NCBI GenBank assembly: GCA_051294375.1
Contig: CM119270.1
Location: 7,932,812-7,996,811 of the forward strand
Source: Paraspadella gotoi
Taxonomy: Eukaryota; Animalia; Chaetognatha
DNA: 64,000 nt
Reading direction: 5' to 3'
Part shown: positions 42,151-61,000 of the stretch, piece after piece
Layout: every line of letters starts with the position of its first letter
How positions within the stretch are numbered: the stretch's first letter is position 1
Made by a program: the position numbers and the translations under genes
The notes under the pieces: generated by a model
What the model was told of the DNA's origin: nothing
The model's input: only the letters and a program-made list of their open reading frames with translations
Database searches by the model: none

Positions 42151-42724
42151 ACTCTCTGTTTTTATAAATAAAAGATATATCTACGCAGTATTAATTAAAT
42201 ATAAACTGCGTCATCTCGAATACCTTGAGTGATTCCGACGCATTTGAAAACCGAACCTCGCCCCGTTTTGCGTCATCGATTTCGGAATCTCGCTTCGAGC
42301 GAATTAGACTTTATATTATAACCTTTAATTTGGAAAAAAAAAACTGTTGTTGTTGTTGTTGGCTCCTGCCACTTTGGTTTGCCATTGATATATTCTAGAT
42401 TAAAAGGAGTGAACAAAAACGTAATAAGAGCTTTTAAAATTTTAACGCAACTTGGTCAAAAAACAAACAAAAACAACAAAATTTAAAAAAAGCGTTTAAA
42501 CAATCAATTTAATTTTATTTAATCGAATTAGATTTACGTTAAATACAAGATAAGAAAATATTTTTAATTCTATTTTTTATTTGTTAAACCAAATTTTCCG
42601 AAAATAAATATCTTTCCAGCTAAAATAACACTAACAACAATAACTCGGGACGACGACGAATTTTCGTCTTTTTCCTTTTTGAATTCCTGGATAAATTTAC
42701 GACTATGAAATTATATAAACAAAA

Positions 42725-42725
<1 letters not shown>

Positions 42726-42765
<40 letters not shown>

Positions 42766-42840
42766 CTATCATCCTCACCGTTATCACAAATATCATCATT
42801 ATCTTCATCGTCATTATCATCATCTTCGTCACCATCGTCG
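42726..42840 (+). repeat. (CAT)n microsatellite
   Basis: Pure, then degenerate, catcatcat run; the source of the poly-Ile/poly-Met ORFs. Confidence 0.9.
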
Positions 42841-43775
42841 TTTCCGGTGACGAAATAACTGATTCAGAGTTCACGTCACAAACTCGTGATTTTCAAGTTT
42901 ACGATCGACAAGAATTCTATCGTGAAAGAATTTGGCGATGTTTCGATCTCCCCATTCGATCTCCCCCTTCACCGTTTTCACTCCCTTCACTTGTTCACCT
43001 CTTTCACCCCTTAACCTGTTCACCTCTTTCACCCCTTCACTTGTTCACCGCTTTCACCCCCTTCACTCCCTTAATGATCGGGTGTAATCGATCCCTCATT
43101 CTCTTCTTCCCTTCAACCCTCTCTACCCCCAGTAGTCACTCCCAAAGTGTTAACTTCGCCCCTTCTTCTCTATTTCTTTATATTTTTAAACTTTTTTTTT
43201 CCTTCTTTTTTATTTTCCATCTCTTTTTTAGTTGCGAGTCGAGATCACGTTAAAATACGGATTAGAGAGTTGATGTGGCATAATTCTATGTGTCATAATA
43301 CTATTCAGATAAACGTTTGTGTACTCTATTTAACTTAAAAATACGAGCACACTAGAAAGTCATAGCAACGCCTGAACTCGCAGTTTCTTATTTTATATTT
43401 TCCCTCTCACCGCACTCCCGCCTTTCCCGTTTGAAAAACGACGTATTTTTCAAATTATAACTAATTAAGATTTTTTTTAAAAATCCGTTAAAAAAAAAAA
43501 TGAGTGCGAAGGAGAGAAGGGGTGAAAAGGAGGGAGTGAGATGAACAAGTAAACGAGGAATGATGATTGTAAAGCGTGAAAATCGAAGAGAAAAGGCCAA
43601 CCTGCGTATGTAGTTTATTTCTCTCTTTACTATTTATTTCTGTCGGTCAATGTCGTCAATGTGCAAAATCGTTGAAGGCGCAATTAAAGTCGACGTTGTT
43701 AGCGTAGTTGTCGTCGTCGTTGTCGTCTTCATTCGTTAGCTATGTTTAAACTTCCGTACAACTTTCACCTGTTTT

Positions 43776-43778
<3 letters not shown>

Positions 43779-43852
<74 letters not shown>

Positions 43853-43907
43853 GAGAGAAAGAGAGAGAGAGAAGCGGGTCACGAGATCTCCGTACTTGCT
43901 ATAAATA
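43779..43907 (+). promoter_or_regulatory. Candidate core promoter of the Kazal gene: (GA)n tract followed by a TATA box (TATAAATA, 43900-43907)
   Basis: 'gctataaatacgggg' lies ~330 nt upstream of the ATG at 44235; positional inference only. Confidence 0.45.
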
Positions 43908-44234
43908 CGGGGAATTTGTAATTTCGGAATTTTTCAAAGATAAACCGACACTAAAATTCGTTTCCTTTGCCGAAGAATTTTTTACTCACAATTTTTCTCC
44001 GTTTGTTTGGAGAATCTTATCTTCTCATTTCTATTACTTTTGTCACAACTCACAAGCAAGTCTTGTCTTGGTTTCCTTGAATATCTTAATTCCTGGCATC
44101 TCATCTCAAAAAAGAATAAAGTTCTCCGAAAACGATTTTCGTCAAAAATTCATCTCCGATGATCTGAAGACAATTATTTGATCTGTCGAAATTATAATAA
44201 ACGAATTTCTAACTTATTTTCTCCAAACCTGACA

Positions 44235-48472
<4,238 letters not shown>

Positions 48473-48887
48473 ACTTTGAACTTTTAACTTTTTTCCACCC
48501 CAGCCTTCAAGTTGAAACAACGACGTATTTTCAAAATTATAACTAACTTTAAGCATTTTTAAACACTCTTAAAAAAACAAAATGAGCTGCGAAGGAGAAC
48601 CAGGGTGAAAAAGGAGGCGGTGACGCACTGCAAACAACACCCACACCCGACGGCAAGATCGATTGTAAAGCGTGAAAATCGAAGAGAAACAGCAACCCTG
48701 TAATGTAGTTTATTCTCTCTTTACTATCTATTTCTTCGGTCAAACTGCTCGTCAATAGTGCAAAATCGTTGAAGGCGAAATTCAAAGTCGACGCTATCGT
48801 CGCCCGTAGTGCTCGTCACCCGTTGTCGTCCTTCATCCGTTAGCTATGTTTAACACTCCCCGTACAACTTTCAACACTGTCTTCCTC

Positions 48888-48926
<39 letters not shown>

Positions 48927-49508
48927 GAAGAGAGAGAGAGAGAGAGAGAGAGACACGGAGCAGAGAGAGCAACCCAGCACGAGAAAGAGCCCCGAAATGA
49001 GAGCCCAGCCAAGAAGCCGGGTCCCACGACAATCTCCGTACCTTCCCTGCTATCGCAATACGGCCCCCAGCCAACCTCTTCCGTACCACCCTCTTCGCCC
49101 CCCTTTATCAAGCCCATACCAAACACGTACACCCACCCCCCACAACCACTTCGTATCTCCCCACCATCTAGACGCACCAACGACAATTTATCCCACTCCT
49201 CCACTCCACACAACATTTTTCCTCCCCCACTTGTCCTCCATTCCCGGCCACCGAATCTTATCTTCCTCATCTATCCCTCCCATCCTCTTTTGTCCCCACA
49301 TACTCACACCGCAAGTCGTTGTCTTGCGGTTCCTTGAGATCACCTTTATTCCTGCATCCTCATTCTCAAAAAAGACATACAACGTTCTCCGAAGAACGAT
49401 TTCGTCCACAAATTCATCTTCCGACCTCGATCCTGTAAGAAAACATTTCTGCATTCTGTCGGAAATTAAATAAACCGAATTTCCTAACTTATTTTCTCCA
49501 AACTGCAA

Positions 49509-52500
49509 ATGAAAAGCCTGGTTCCTTCTCGCCGATTTCTTCTACTCTGCTCCTACGTGGTCATCTGGCGTCATTCCTCAACGTCTCTGGCGTCTCGTGG
49601 GCGTCGATTGAGCCTTCTCCGGCGAACTCTCTGACTACATAGAAAAAATATACAACGTACGGTGCCAAAAGTTGGGAATGATTACGCACAATTAAAAAAA
49701 CCTTGTGTTTTTCATAATTTATGCTCTTTCATCCCGCGTATTCCTTTATCTAAAGTCTTTTCCTTATGATCAAACGAAAAAAGAAATTGAAAGAAGACGA
49801 CGAAAGACGCCCTTCCCTCGGTGCAACAACCCACAATTCCAAGAAAGACCAACCTGACAAGACATGACAAGCCCACCGTGCGGCAGAATTGCACTGGATT
49901 TTGTCTTTCTTCATTGGACGGATATTGGCGCTCAGTTCTCTTCTAAAAACCGCACACCACTCCTTTGTATTATTTCTTATTAAACTTAATAAACCTATAA
50001 ATAAATAATAATAAATAAATACATATAAATAATAAATAATAAATAATAATAAATAAATATAAATAAATAAAGATAAATAATAAATAATAAAATAAATACA
50101 TTTTAATTAATTATTTTATTATTATTTACTTTATTTAACATTATTTTATTTATTTATTTATTTATTTTTCTCAGTTTATTTATTTTAATATAATTTATTT
50201 ATATTTATTATTTATTTTATTTAATCTTATATTTAATTTATTTAGTTAATTATAAACTGATTATTTAGGTTTTATAAATTAATAAAATATCAATGTATTT
50301 ACGAACGTTCACTTCAATTTGCGTCCGCCGTCCGCCACCCCAACCGAGGTGTCTTCCATCAGTCGGAGTCGATGCGATTTAAACCTATTCCGTTGCCAAC
50401 AAGGCTAAAAAAGCAACAGGAAGGAACTTTCCAAGTAAGGGAGGAAAAGGGGGATACCAACACCAAACCTCCACAGCTATGTAACGTTATTGCTCACACA
50501 CATCACTCCTACTAGACGTCCTCAGGTCGGACTTAATATTATATGCTCGTTCAACGACTTACACTCAGAGACCCTCAAGTCAAGTTACTACCACCCTTTC
50601 TGGGCATCCGTGTTTGTTGGACCGTCAGGGCAGCAGACCCAGTGGACATTACTGATCATAGCAATCCAGCTCATCACGCGTCATCAACATAGTCACTCAA
50701 AAGCAAGTCAATAGCGACCGGTGAACATTTCTTTTTCTAAATCTCTTGACCCTTCTTCAGAAAAAAACGAAAGAACAGAAAGAGAAAAGAAACGCAAAGA
50801 AACGAAAGAAAGAAAGAAAGACAAAGAAAGAAAGAAAAGAAAGAAGAACAGAAAGAAACACGGACGCGAACGCCCCCTTTCCCCCCAGAATTTTCGAAGC
50901 CCACAGTCTGGCCGCAAAATTCTACGCTCTTGCTCGCGCTCCTCAATCTAAGGCGCGTAACATCAAAACCTTCAGTCTGCCTTTTGAACATTCCAACTAT
51001 CTCTGAACTTCCATAAATTGAAATCGAATATCACAAGTCTTACAACATTAACTCACAACTGCAGCACATGTATCCTACTGAGGCCCTCTTCTACTTCACC
51101 TAAATATGCGCTTAACCAATTTCTTTTTAACCTTGCGAATTTTACTTTAACACATCTTTCTTAAACGAACGACCATCTTCGGCGACCGTGTCATGGATGA
51201 CGCTTGGAAATACTTCCTCATCGACCGCTAGAAGATTCACTCTAAAATATCTCCTTTACCCAAACTTCAAACTCCCTCCACAGATTTGATCTTATTTTCA
51301 TGATGAATCACTTCAGGTTTGAGATTGACAAAGATCTTTCTTTCTTTCTCTCCTTTTCTTTCATTTTTTTTTTTTTCTTCTTTCGTCTTACTTTTGTACT
51401 CTTTCTTTAAATTTTCTCTCAATTCTTTCTAGACAGAATGTCGCGACAAACAAACGAATCTCCGATTTTTTTCTCTTTCAACGCAAACACCTGTCTTGCT
51501 CCACTAATCGCGCCCCATATTTCCCGTTCCCCACTTTCTCTCACTTTTGCTCTCGAACATCAACTTCGTTTGTCCCAGTAACCTCATACAAGGTCTTCTT
51601 CTCTTCCTTAGATTTTCTACTCCCTTCTCTGTTTATATTCCTCTCGCTCGTCTTAGCAGAGGACATTAAACTCCGACGCACCGTCCTGCTCATTTCTTGC
51701 CCTTTCCGACATGACACCGACCATATTATCCATTGTCCCTCGCAGATTTTTCTACTAAAATATCCTGACCCGCCGCAGGGCGTACCTACCGCCTTCACAC
51801 CACCGTGCACACAACGTCACCCATCCCTGAACTAACTTTCTTTACGTCAGTATGGGTTATGCTCCAACTGGTCCACCTATGCTCACTCACCGATACTCCG
51901 TGACTGCGCCTGACCACCTCACCGTTTACCGCTTGCGCACTCTCCCATCGACCCTCTGCGAATCAGCGACACTCGCTGCCAACTCGCCGTGAGCGAATTC
52001 ACGCCAGTGTCAGAACATGCTTCTCAAATCATCCGATCGGCCCAACTCTGAGGGCAATCATTCACATCCCGATCCACCCGCATTTCTATTTACCTTGCTG
52101 TTTTTCTCCCCACTCTTTTTCCTGGTTCTGCAAGCGACCGACTGACAACAACGATGACAGACGACTATGAAAGAACGACGGCCGACGCCCCGCCGTTCGG
52201 AAACCCGAAACTCTCCGCACCCGAACGACGATTTGACTTGATCTTCGAAAGGCATTCGTCGTCCAACATCCGGGACTGGCATCTTGACTCCAACAGATGT
52301 TCCTTCAGGCCTAGCAGACAAAACACCGTGCCCATGACAGGCTCGCTCGCCATCAAATGTCGTTTAAAAAGGACATCCGGGAACCAGATAGCCAGGAAGA
52401 AGAGAAGCAGAAGGGAGAGCAGCGATAAGAGAGGGAGAGGGCTAAGAGATTGGGAAGGGATGGAAGAGGGGGGCAGCTGGACTGATCGGCTGGGCCTGCC

Positions 52501-54615
52501 CACTACCCGTTACCAGTCTCTCTATTAGACGTGTTCAATAACCACCAGAAAACGGGGCGTCTATATTACATATTTTGATGTAGGCGACACACATTATCTT
52601 CATTTAACTCTTCGAAAATTAAATGATAAACGGTTCAATAATTCAGGAATGCCAGTTAATTTTTTCAAAAAATACTCTTTTAAAATAAAACAAAATTGTG
52701 CCGCGACTACCATTTAAATTGGCATAATTATTACGAAAAATTTAAAACGCATAAACAAACAAATTATCACAGCTGTGTACGCTATAAATGTTTTTAAACT
52801 TTTAAAGAAAAATCTAATAGTGTTAAACCTTAAATATTTAAATTCATGATTGGAATTTATAAATAATTATTTTGCTATTTGCCCTCAACTAATATATACA
52901 CTACACTAAGGCTATCACCCGAGTTGTTCTCCAGGCGAAATAAATAAAAACACTCTTTGAGTGTCCGTCTCCGAAATCTTTAGTAAAAGCGAAAAGTATT
53001 GTGCGCTCTGAAAGAGAACAGAGTTGATAAGAGCGGTTTTTGTTCAAACTTAAATTATCGACTTCTGCTTCATTCCGATACCCGACGGAGCCATACTCAT
53101 ATTTTCGGGTCGAAGGCGGTGTAGTTCCTGCTTCGTTTCTTCTCCAGCCGGCAAGAGCGGTCGCGAGAGCCGTGCGGCAGGCTTCCTGTTCGCCAAAGAG
53201 CGGAGGCGGAGGCAGCGGCCATGGTTGTCGTCCCAGCGTCGGCGAAAACCTCTCGGCTCTATCGCCGTGCGATATTTCGAAAGCTGGTGCTGCGAGAGAG
53301 CCAACCAGATTAATAGGAGAGTTTTTTCACGCGGGAGTTCTACCGCGGGGCCCGAATATGGCAGCACGGATTGGAGAACTTCGCCTGTTTGACGCGTCTT
53401 GTCGAGCCGTTGTCGAGTCTCCGCGAGAGTCACAGATCATCGACTGAACGTCTTATACTCCAGAAAGGTGGAAGGTCGTCCCGACTGCGCGGATCACCCA
53501 AAATGTAGACTGGCGTTGGCTGACTCGGGAAGTGTCGCAACGGTTGAATTCGACTAAAGTTTATATCTCCATGACGGCCCGGAAACGGAAAACGCCGACG
53601 GTGACGCCGACGTGCGTAATTTAAAAGTTCATCAGGCTCCAGGTCTAACACATCGTCTGAACCACTGTTTGTTCTCATTAAAATGAACCTAATAAAATAA
53701 TCAACACCCCCACATCACGATACCCCCTCCCACACATCCACTACACACACTACATACCTCAACCCCACCACCTCAACTCCAACCTTAATTAATTTGAAAA
53801 ATAACAATGGATGTAACAATGAACAGAGACTAGTAAATTAATAAATTCTGTATTTGAAGTTGTGTGAAGAAAATGAAAATGTAAGATTTCATATTAAGGA
53901 AAATGTCTAAATAAAAAGCTGACTCCTCATAAACACATAATGTTTCTCTTGTTTACCAAGGAATAACAAAAGAACAAATAGTAAATAATATTAGTATAAA
54001 CAATAAAGGTATTTCGTTTCAAAAGTCAAGTATGTCTTGAGTGGCGACATCGCCCGTACGGCTTCACTTTGTTAATGGTTAAAGTTCCAGGATCGAATCT
54101 ACAGTTCTCTTAAAAATTGAAAAAAATATTTTTATCCCATTTAAATCTTTTTCATCGAAAGCAGTACAATGTTTTAAATCATTTTTCAGAATAAAGATAA
54201 ACTAATTTTGTTTTGTTTAATGTTAGACTATAAAACTTTCTTTGATTGATGAGTAATTCATCGTACAATAATTTTCTGCAATATGCAAATGAGATTAAAG
54301 TCAAAAACTGGAGAAAGAGAAACATTGAACAGAAAACAGTTTAAATTCAACTTAATAAACTTTTAAAAATAGATATCTCTTACTTTGAGGACAAAAAAAA
54401 TCATGAACATGTCCTAAACTTGATGCAGGCAAACGCTACCCCACGTTTGTATCCGCGATTGCGTAGGAAATCGCTTCGTCCCGTTTGCGTCACGGGAGAT
54501 CCTATCAACGACGAACTACACTTACGGGAATCGCTGCTTCTTTGAGGTAAGTCAAGTACAATTTTTAATCTTGTAAATTTCGACTGAGTTATAAATTTGA
54601 GAAGAATGCGCAAAG

Positions 54616-54646
<31 letters not shown>

Positions 54647-55042
54647 ACACATACACACATACACAATACAAAAAAAAAGCACTTGTCTAGAAAAATAAAA
54701 ATAAATAAAAATAAAAATAAAATCGGAAGAAAGTCGAATCAGAGGCTAAATCGATGCGACACTAAAGACCATTCGCTGCCCCACAGTAGAGCTCTCTCTC
54801 CCTCTCTCCCTCTCTCCCTCTCTCCCTCTCTCCCTCTCTCTCTCTCTCTATCAACGAAGATTTCCTCTACTCGATATATCCCGACTCTCTCCTCTCCCTC
54901 TCCTCTCTAGGTGGCCAGATGCGTGGCGCGCGTCAACCGCGGCGTACGTTGCGCGTGCGCCATCCTGGGGTTTTGTGATCGCCGCAATCCTCACCGCTTT
55001 CCTTCCTCGTTTCACCGACTCTGGTTCATCAAAACCGTTTGA
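49509..55042 (+). pseudogene. Second, frameshifted copy of the double-Kazal gene (probably a noisy-read duplicate)
   Basis: atgaaaagcctgg at 49509; exon 4 equivalent ~54429-54546; exon 5 equivalent 54911-55042; numerous indels. Confidence 0.75.
52916..53025 (-). pseudogene. RNU5: Indel-bearing second copy of U5 snRNA
   Basis: Aligns to 47322-47437 with indels, including one in loop I. Confidence 0.75.
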
Positions 55043-58000
55043 ACTTTGAACTTTTGAACTTTTTTTTAAAATTTTGTCTTCTTCATTTCAGATCAATTTC
55101 GAGTTTCAATTTTGGTTCATCGCTGGTTTTTTTGTTGTTTTTTTTTTTTCAATATTTTTTGTAAAATGTTTTCATGTAATTTATTCAATTTCCGTTATTT
55201 TCTGCATTGTCTTATGTTGATATTTGTTTCCAATAAATCTTAAATTGCCCCCGATCTCTTTTTCATTTCTCTTGCATTTGGACCAAAAGACGTTCAGGAG
55301 TAGACCTGCCTATACTATGAAAAGTTTGAAAACAAAAACGAGTATTGTGTAATAGTGGCCCATACATCATATTAATTTTTTGAACATATTTTTTTTCAAA
55401 AAAATTACAGTAAATGCTGCCGAACTGTTGAAAAAAATGAAAAAAAAATTGGGAACCCAACCAAACACTCGCACTTCTCTTGCATACACTATCTTAAAAA
55501 ACTTATTGACCTCAGACGGACGACAACCCAAAACTACGTTGTAGAGCGGAAAAAATGACTTCCACCCACAACTTGCACTTATGAAATTAAGTGAATTTTT
55601 TTACTCCACCGCTAAAATTTTTTATTAAAACTATTGTTTTGGGCATTTGATAAAATTTTAAAAATGAATATTTTTAAACAATGTTTGATCATTTCTCTCT
55701 AACGGAAAACCTTACAGGCGAATGCTAACAGATTCTGCCTATGCTTCTCTCGCCCGAAGCTCCGACAGTTACCCGTCACCAGTCGTTCTACCATTCCACA
55801 ATACCGGAATACTGCACATCTCGATTTTACTTTGTAGAATTATCAGGAGTATTTCAGTGCTTATTGTGTCAGTAGGTGGAGTGATGAAAGATTTTGAGTG
55901 ATTGAACATTATTTTTTTGCTGCTATGGCATCATAAATAATAATATTTTATAATCTTTTTTAAAATTTTTTTCAGCATCACACAGTATAACATTCCCCCA
56001 CTCTCACTTTCACTGGTCAGTAATATACTTATAAACGTTCAAATTTTCAAAATTTTTATTTTTATTTTTAAAGAACTGATTTGATTTTGTGCTGTTTAAA
56101 AACTAAAAAACTTTTTATAAATATGTTATTCCGAACTTTGTATTAGCATCCACAAATCCCACTAAAACGTTTTTAAACCAGAGATCCTCGGACGCTTCGC
56201 GGACAGCGTAAGCGACACTACGTGGAAGCGGCTGATATTTGAAGAAACCCGAAACCGGGAGCTATAGAAAAATAAGAATAAAGGATTGACCCGGAAAGCT
56301 ATAATAACCCTGGCGTTTCCGCTTCCGTGGTCATTTGTTTTAATTGAGTTAACATGAAAGTTATAATTGATTAATAATCTTGCAACCCCCTGCTCTTTCT
56401 TAATTTTTTTTTTTAACATGTCTAATTTACTTTTACAACAAAACGGATTGAATTCTCGTTTATTGGAATATGCATAATATTAGCTTATACATCTTAAATC
56501 TCTAACAACTCATCTCATCTCTACCTTCCACTTTATTTCACCCTCTTGCGACTGAACAAAAAAGCAAATAAAAAAAATTTATAAAATAAATAAATCAAAA
56601 TTATATAAACAAGTTTGAGCAAACAATGCCGGATCTGCCCACGATCTATTTAGCGCGTAATTAACTTGATTGAAATTAATTGAAAAATAAATAAATTATT
56701 TAATTAATTACATATTCAATTTAATTAAATAATAATATCGAAGCATTTGGGAGCTTCAAATGATTCTGAACAAAGACGACAAAGACGATGAATACATGAT
56801 GAAAACGACGACGAAGTCTTGTACTTGTGAGCCGAGTACAGGTAGGGTGCAATAAGAATGACCTGTTTTTTACCACAATCTTGTTATGGCTGACCTTTTT
56901 CTCAGCCAATTAAATACTATTATTATTATTATTTTTATCATTTTTACTTTTTACTGATTTTTGATAACCAAGGTTTTTTTTATCACAAAAAACACGCCAT
57001 CAATCTTTCTTATAAATTTTTGTTTGATCACGCAAACATAATAAAAATATTTTAATTAATTAATTTAGAGAAAGCAAAGAATTTGAATTGTGAACCAATG
57101 ATTTTTAATTAATAGTTGGACATGTTTCGGCTTGTTTACTTCAATGCCTTCATGCAGCATATGACATTCAGATAATAAATTTGTGTAAATAAAAGAGTGT
57201 GAATGAGAAGAGAAAGCAGAGAGACGAGGTAAAAGTTTTTCAAACAAAAGTGGTGAACAGAATAGTGGTCAGATGTGAGGACAGTGAAGTAAGTGGCGAT
57301 TGGAGTGAGTTGTGAAAAGAGTTGAAACTGTTAAAGAAGAGAGAGAGTGAGAAGAGGGAAACAAAACAACAAGATAAATAAATAATAAAGATACAATTTT
57401 TGCAATGTACAACAAAGATAAAAGAGTTAATTAATTAAATAATTAATGTTATGGCAACCACGACAATGATAATATCGACGATGACAAATTAATTGATTGC
57501 TTAATTTTTTGATTGATTATTGAATATTTATTAATTGATGAATAATTAATAACTGATCAGTTCTGGCATGTTTAGCTCAAAAACTGTTGTTTTTTTATCT
57601 TTCATTATGACCAAAGAAATGACTACCCTAATGATGGATAGATGACAATCGAGGATAGCACCATCAGATAATTGAATGATTTGCATTGATCAAAAAATAA
57701 GTTCATTTCAGCCGTTAATTTTTAGGTTTTTTGTCAGGATCACTGACCAGGACAAACAGCAACAATGAATGTGACAATGATAATACTGACATTGTTTATT
57801 GATTGATTAATTAATTGATTAAATATAATTTATGGTTCTTGGTTTGTTTTTTTTTTCATTTTAAACTCATTTCCACAGTCGAAACCGATTCTTCACATAT
57901 TTCAAATCTATACATTTTTCATAGTAAAATTTTACATTGTTATTTGATACAAAAAAGATTGTTAAAATTATTCTACAAATGAGAAACATGTCTAAAGAGA

Positions 58001-61000
58001 GATTTTTATAAATATCAACAAATGTAAAAATTTTTAAAGGAATGCAAGCGTATGTGCACTCGAAACCAGAACAGCGATCCGGCTAAAGAAACGTAAAGAT
58101 TGCACCCAAAAACGGGAGCGGGAAGGGCGTCCCTTGGGAAGCGCCGATGGCAGACGGCCGGAAAAATCGATCGCTCCACACTTCTGGTTTAACATATAAT
58201 TACAGTTTCTTTCTACTACAGAGAATAAAAAAGTCAGGAATTTTCAACACTTTCTTTCTTATTTTTAAAACATTGAAATGACAGAATTTTGATAACATAT
58301 TTTATATTTTTAAAATTACTATTTTATAAGGATATTATTTACAAATATATTATATTTTACTATTTGTTCCCGAATATATGAACACAAAATATTTTTTGTA
58401 CTAGTTAATCATACCTATCCCTCACATCTAAATATTCATTGTCGAATCATTTCAAATAATTTTTTGTCTTGAGTGCTCCACTACTAATGTTTATTTTAAT
58501 CAAAACAAAAAATGTTGTCCTTTATGTTGCTAAAATTCCAAGGTTACAATGCGTTATTGTTATTTAGAAACATAAAACTACTTATGTTTTCAGGACGAAA
58601 AGATTGCGGAGGACGAAGTTATTCTAAAACCTACTTCCCACCAATATTCGGAAAGCGATTTAGAAATAAAAAAAAATACGATATATTTACGAAAATATAC
58701 CATGAAGAAACTATTTTTCAAATTTTACTTCTCAATTTAGAAAATCTGCTTCAAATTATTTTTACATTTAAATTTGAGGATCAGTGTCAACACATACTGT
58801 GAACCGTTTCAACTGTAATCTGCTGANNNNNNNNNNNNNNNNNNNNNNNNNACTAATATATAAAATTGGCTGTGAAATTAAAATTTGATCTGCTAAATCC
58901 ACACAAAATTGTTCTCGTACTACTAATACTCATAACAATTTTCTATCTCCATCAAGAGCTTATGAACAGGCAAATCAAAAGATAAGAGTTTTTTTAATCT
59001 ATTACTAAGGAATTAAAATAGATAACATGTACAAACGAAACAACGATGGTTAATTACAAAATAATGATAATCAAAAGAAACATAACAGTCGACAAAAAAG
59101 ATCATGATTATCTACAATAATCACGGTTCCTAAAAAAAATTTAGAAAATAAAAAAAAAACAGAAAAAAAAAGTTTACTTGCGATGACAACGTGAATAATA
59201 ATATTAAAAAAACATTAAGATAAACACCGTCCGTGCGGCATTAGTAGAGAAAACCACTGGAATTTAGCGTCAATAGGAGTTTATTGTCAAATTACGAAGT
59301 CGGACAATCGACTCTCTCCCATTCTCTCTCTCTCTTTCTCTCTCAATCGCATGAAAAAAAAGATACGTTTTAATTCAGTTTCTCAGGACTTGACGTTTGT
59401 TGCCGTTTGATCCGAGGGGTACTTCTAAAACAATCAATAAAGTTCATTTCTCGTAGTTTTTTTCTTTACTGTTCTGTTCTGCCTCTCTCCCTCTCTGCTC
59501 TCCCTATCATCCTCTTCTTTCATCTCCCACCCTCTCATCTCTCCATGCTACGTACCTCAGTGCACATACGGTCTCTTTCTCGGCTCGAACGCCAATCGGA
59601 GTTCGCTTTTAGGCATTCCTCCGGAAGCGAGGTCGAAGTTGGCGTCCGCTGCGCGCCTATGGGGGGCTGACGGGTGAGCGCGATTGGCTTCCTATGGGAT
59701 CTGACTGTTTGAAAACAGCTTAAGGGCTTCAGTTTCCGCGGCTTGTAGTCAACTCGGGTGACTCGTCTTTCTCTCTCTCCCTCCTATCTCTCTCTCATTC
59801 TCTCTCTCTCTCCTCGGATCGCGAGGGATTTCTTCTCATCTGTCTCTCTCGATATGCTTCTCCATCCAGCGAGTCGCGTACGTCCTTGACCTACATCGAT
59901 TCTCGTCTCTACTGCTCATGCTCTCTCTCCTGCTCGTCGAGTGTCTCTCTCATCTCTCTCAATTCTCTCTCTACCTCACCTCGTTTTCCCACACAAACAC
60001 CAAATACTTGAAATTTCTTTTTTTTAACCAGTATTCCGTTTGTAACACTCATGTATTTCCTAATGTATGCTGCGTTTAGTGTTGATGTTTAATTAAGGAT
60101 TTCAGACTGGAGTTATCATCAGTAGCTGCTGTTTTTAAGGTGCCATCATTGTTACACCATTACTCCTGTCATTAGTCCATATAAAAATTAGTACTATAAT
60201 TGGTTATTGTTTTTGCGTTTTTTTTTAACAAGGTTGTCATGGCAAGCAGTTTTTTAAGATTCTCATTTTGTTATTTACAAACGTATTGGCACTTGTATTT
60301 TTGGGCACTCGAGCTTACGTTATTTACACTGGTTAGAATATACATCGTTTGTCAAGAAAAAATACACTAGATCAACAATAAATAATTTGCCCACATCAAG
60401 CAAGATATTCGTTCAGGTGAAATAATGCAATCAAATATCATTATATCGATTTTCCTGGCAACTACTGGCATAACAATTCTTGGGAGTGTCATTGTTAAAA
60501 TATTCTTCTTCCAGAGGGAGATCTTTTATCCTATCTCATGAAAAGGAGAGAAAATTATCGAAAAGAGTAAAGCGGGGAAGTTATTAAAAGAGAGTCAAAT
60601 TTTGCAGTAATAATAAATGTATTTTATACTTTTATATGAAATGAAATTTCAGGGATTTTAACAAACGCGCAATTAAGAATGACCACGAAGAAGGAAATGA
60701 TGTCACATTGGAAAAAAACAAAAAAAATTCATTTTGTTTAAATTGAAACCAAAGAAGAATTTGTAGGTGTGATTAAATGTGGAAGAGATGACGTTAATCT
60801 CATTGAAAAAGCCATTAGAAACCGTAAAAAAGCTTGTGCTTAAACTAATAGTGCTCTCGTAATTGATTGAAAAAACCATGCTGTTGTAGCGGAACTATTT
60901 CATACCCCGCTACACGTTTATAAGTTTTGTTAAAATAAACTCTAACGAATTAGCGATTAAATAAATCTATTTGTGTCGTAATGACTCGTTAAGTAATGGG

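Larger units (their letters stand above)
48496..55055. repeat. Indel-rich duplicate of 43420-47488 and 47758-48495, with extra sequence 53070-54330 where the first copy has an N gap
   Basis: Colinear landmarks: GA tract, Kazal exons, AAAG tract, U5, CA repeat. Confidence 0.88.

Noticed and set aside
42620-43253. 182-aa ORF with a very hydrophobic poly-Ile start
   Set aside because: Derived from a (CAT)n repeat and pyrimidine-rich sequence; no domain or splice support.
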